Source: Rheinheimera sp.
Lineage (GTDB): Bacteria > Pseudomonadota > Gammaproteobacteria > Enterobacterales > Alteromonadaceae
DNA length: 64,000 nucleotides
NCBI GenBank assembly: GCA_008015325.1
Contig: SSFI01000056.1
Coordinates: forward strand, 2,802 to 66,801
Reading direction: 5' to 3'
Shown here: piece after piece, positions 62,948 to 64,000 of the stretch
Numbering within the stretch: position 1 is the first letter of the stretch
How the letters are laid out: every line of letters starts with the position of its first letter
Made by a program: the position numbers and the translations under genes
The notes under the pieces: generated by a model
Seen by the model: the letters and a program-made list of their open reading frames with translations, nothing else
The model's database searches: none
What the model was told of the DNA's origin: nothing

Positions 62948-64000
62948 ATGAAGTTACCGATTTATCTAGATTACGCCGCGACCACACCGGTTGACCCACG
63001 GGTCGCAGAAAAAATGATGCAATACCTGACGATGGACGGTGATTTTGGTAACCCTGCATCGCGCTCACACCGCTTTGGTTGGCAAGCTGAAGAAGCCGTT
63101 GAAGTGGCACGTAGTCAGATTGCAGAACTGGTCAATGCTGACCCACGCGAAATCGTGTTCACTTCCGGCGCAACAGAATCCAACAACCTGGCGATCAAAG
63201 GCGCTGCGCAGTTTTACCATAAAAAAGGTAAACACCTGATCACGTTGCGCACCGAGCACAAAGCCGTGCTGGATACCATGCGGGCTTTAGAGCGCGAAGG
63301 TTTTGAAGTCACCTATCTCGATGTAGAAGCCAACGGCTTGTTAGATCTGGAAAAATTCAAAGCAGCGTTACGCCCGGACACTACAGTGGTCAGCGTGATG
63401 ATGGTCAACAATGAAATCGGTGTTATTCAGGACGTGGCCGCTATCGGCGAGCTGTGTCGTGCCAACGGTACTATTTTCCATGTCGATTCGGCACAGGCCG
63501 CCGGCAAAGTCGACATCGATCTGCAGACGCTGAAAATTGACCTGATGTCGTTCTCAGCGCACAAAATTTACGGTCCCAAAGGCATCGGTGCGCTGTACGT
63601 GCGGCGCAAACCCCGTATTCGTTTAGAAGCGCAGACCCACGGTGGCGGCCATGAACGTGGTATGCGTTCTGGTACTTTACCAACGCACCAAATCGTTGGC
63701 ATGGGCGAAGCCTTCCGCATCGCCAAACTCGAAATGGCTGAAGAAAATCAACGCTTTGCTACGCTGCGTCAGCGTTTGTGGGATGGTATCAAGGACATCG
63801 AACAGGTGTTTTTAAATGGCGATGCCACGCACCGGGTGCCGGGCATTACCAACATCAGCTTTAACTATGTTGAAGGCGAATCGCTGATTATGGCGCTGAA
63901 AGACATCGCGGTGTCTTCAGGTTCGGCTTGTACTTCAGCCAGTCTGGAACCGTCGTATGTACTTCGGGCGCTGGGGTTGTCTGATGAACTGGCCCACAGC
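62948..64000 (+). CDS. iscS: Cysteine desulfurase (partial, runs off the window end)
   Basis: Not in ORF track. [46 protein letters not shown]. Confidence 0.97.
   Translation, partial: MKLPIYLDYAATTPVDPRVAEKMMQYLTMDGDFGNPASRSHRFGWQAEEAVEVARSQIAELVNADPREIVFTSGATESNNLAIKGAAQFYHKKGKHLITLRTEHKAVLDTMRALEREGFEVTYLDVEANGLLDLEKFKAALRPDTTVVSVMMVNNEIGVIQDVAAIGELCRANGTIFHVDSAQAAGKVDIDLQTLKIDLMSFSAHKIYGPKGIGALYVRRKPRIRLEAQTHGGGHERGMRSGTLPTHQIVGMGEAFRIAKLEMAEENQRFATLRQRLWDGIKDIEQVFLNGDATHRVPGITNISFNYVEGESLIMALKDIAVSSGSACTSASLEPSYVLRALGLSDELAHS

Overview
Chromosomal window of a gammaproteobacterium; gene content and protein styles suggest an Alteromonadales/Rheinheimera-like aquatic heterotroph (inference). 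In order: partial LysR regulator divergent from hutH-hutU; PA2779/PA2778-type pair; modF; a c-di-GMP block (GGDEF, REC-HD-GYP, MHYT-PAS hybrid kinase, propeller-GGDEF); a cyanophycin-scavenging locus (TonB-dependent receptor, secreted cyanophycinase, YfcC transporter, isoaspartyl dipeptidase IadA); ErbR/NahK/NosP/ExaC-like genes; a PAS-MCP with two in-frame stops; a zinc metalloprotease; a small accessory patch; frmA/fghA with LysR; a hipBA-like TA pair; a MacAB/FtsX-type ABC exporter; pabA, HDOD, astC(argD)-astA-astD, yhfA, speD, prk, exeM, purD, trmJ, cysE, iscR and partial iscS. The main discovery is absent from the ORF track. Two paralogous 24-codon leader ORFs, MLKCAVNLSNYRYSPYYLSEWFNN* (19528-19602, minus) and MLKNAFALSSYHYSSYYLSEWFNE* (21791-21865, plus), precede the receptor and the yfcC-iadA operon respectively. 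They share 17/24 residues, 7 of them through synonymous codon changes. Both end in UAG, both are followed 4 nt later by a GC-rich hairpin without a U-tract, and both lie downstream of similar promoter/operator layouts. This suggests an undescribed ribosome-arrest or attenuation system controlling cyanophycin uptake. No database searches could be run; family names come from recognised motifs.
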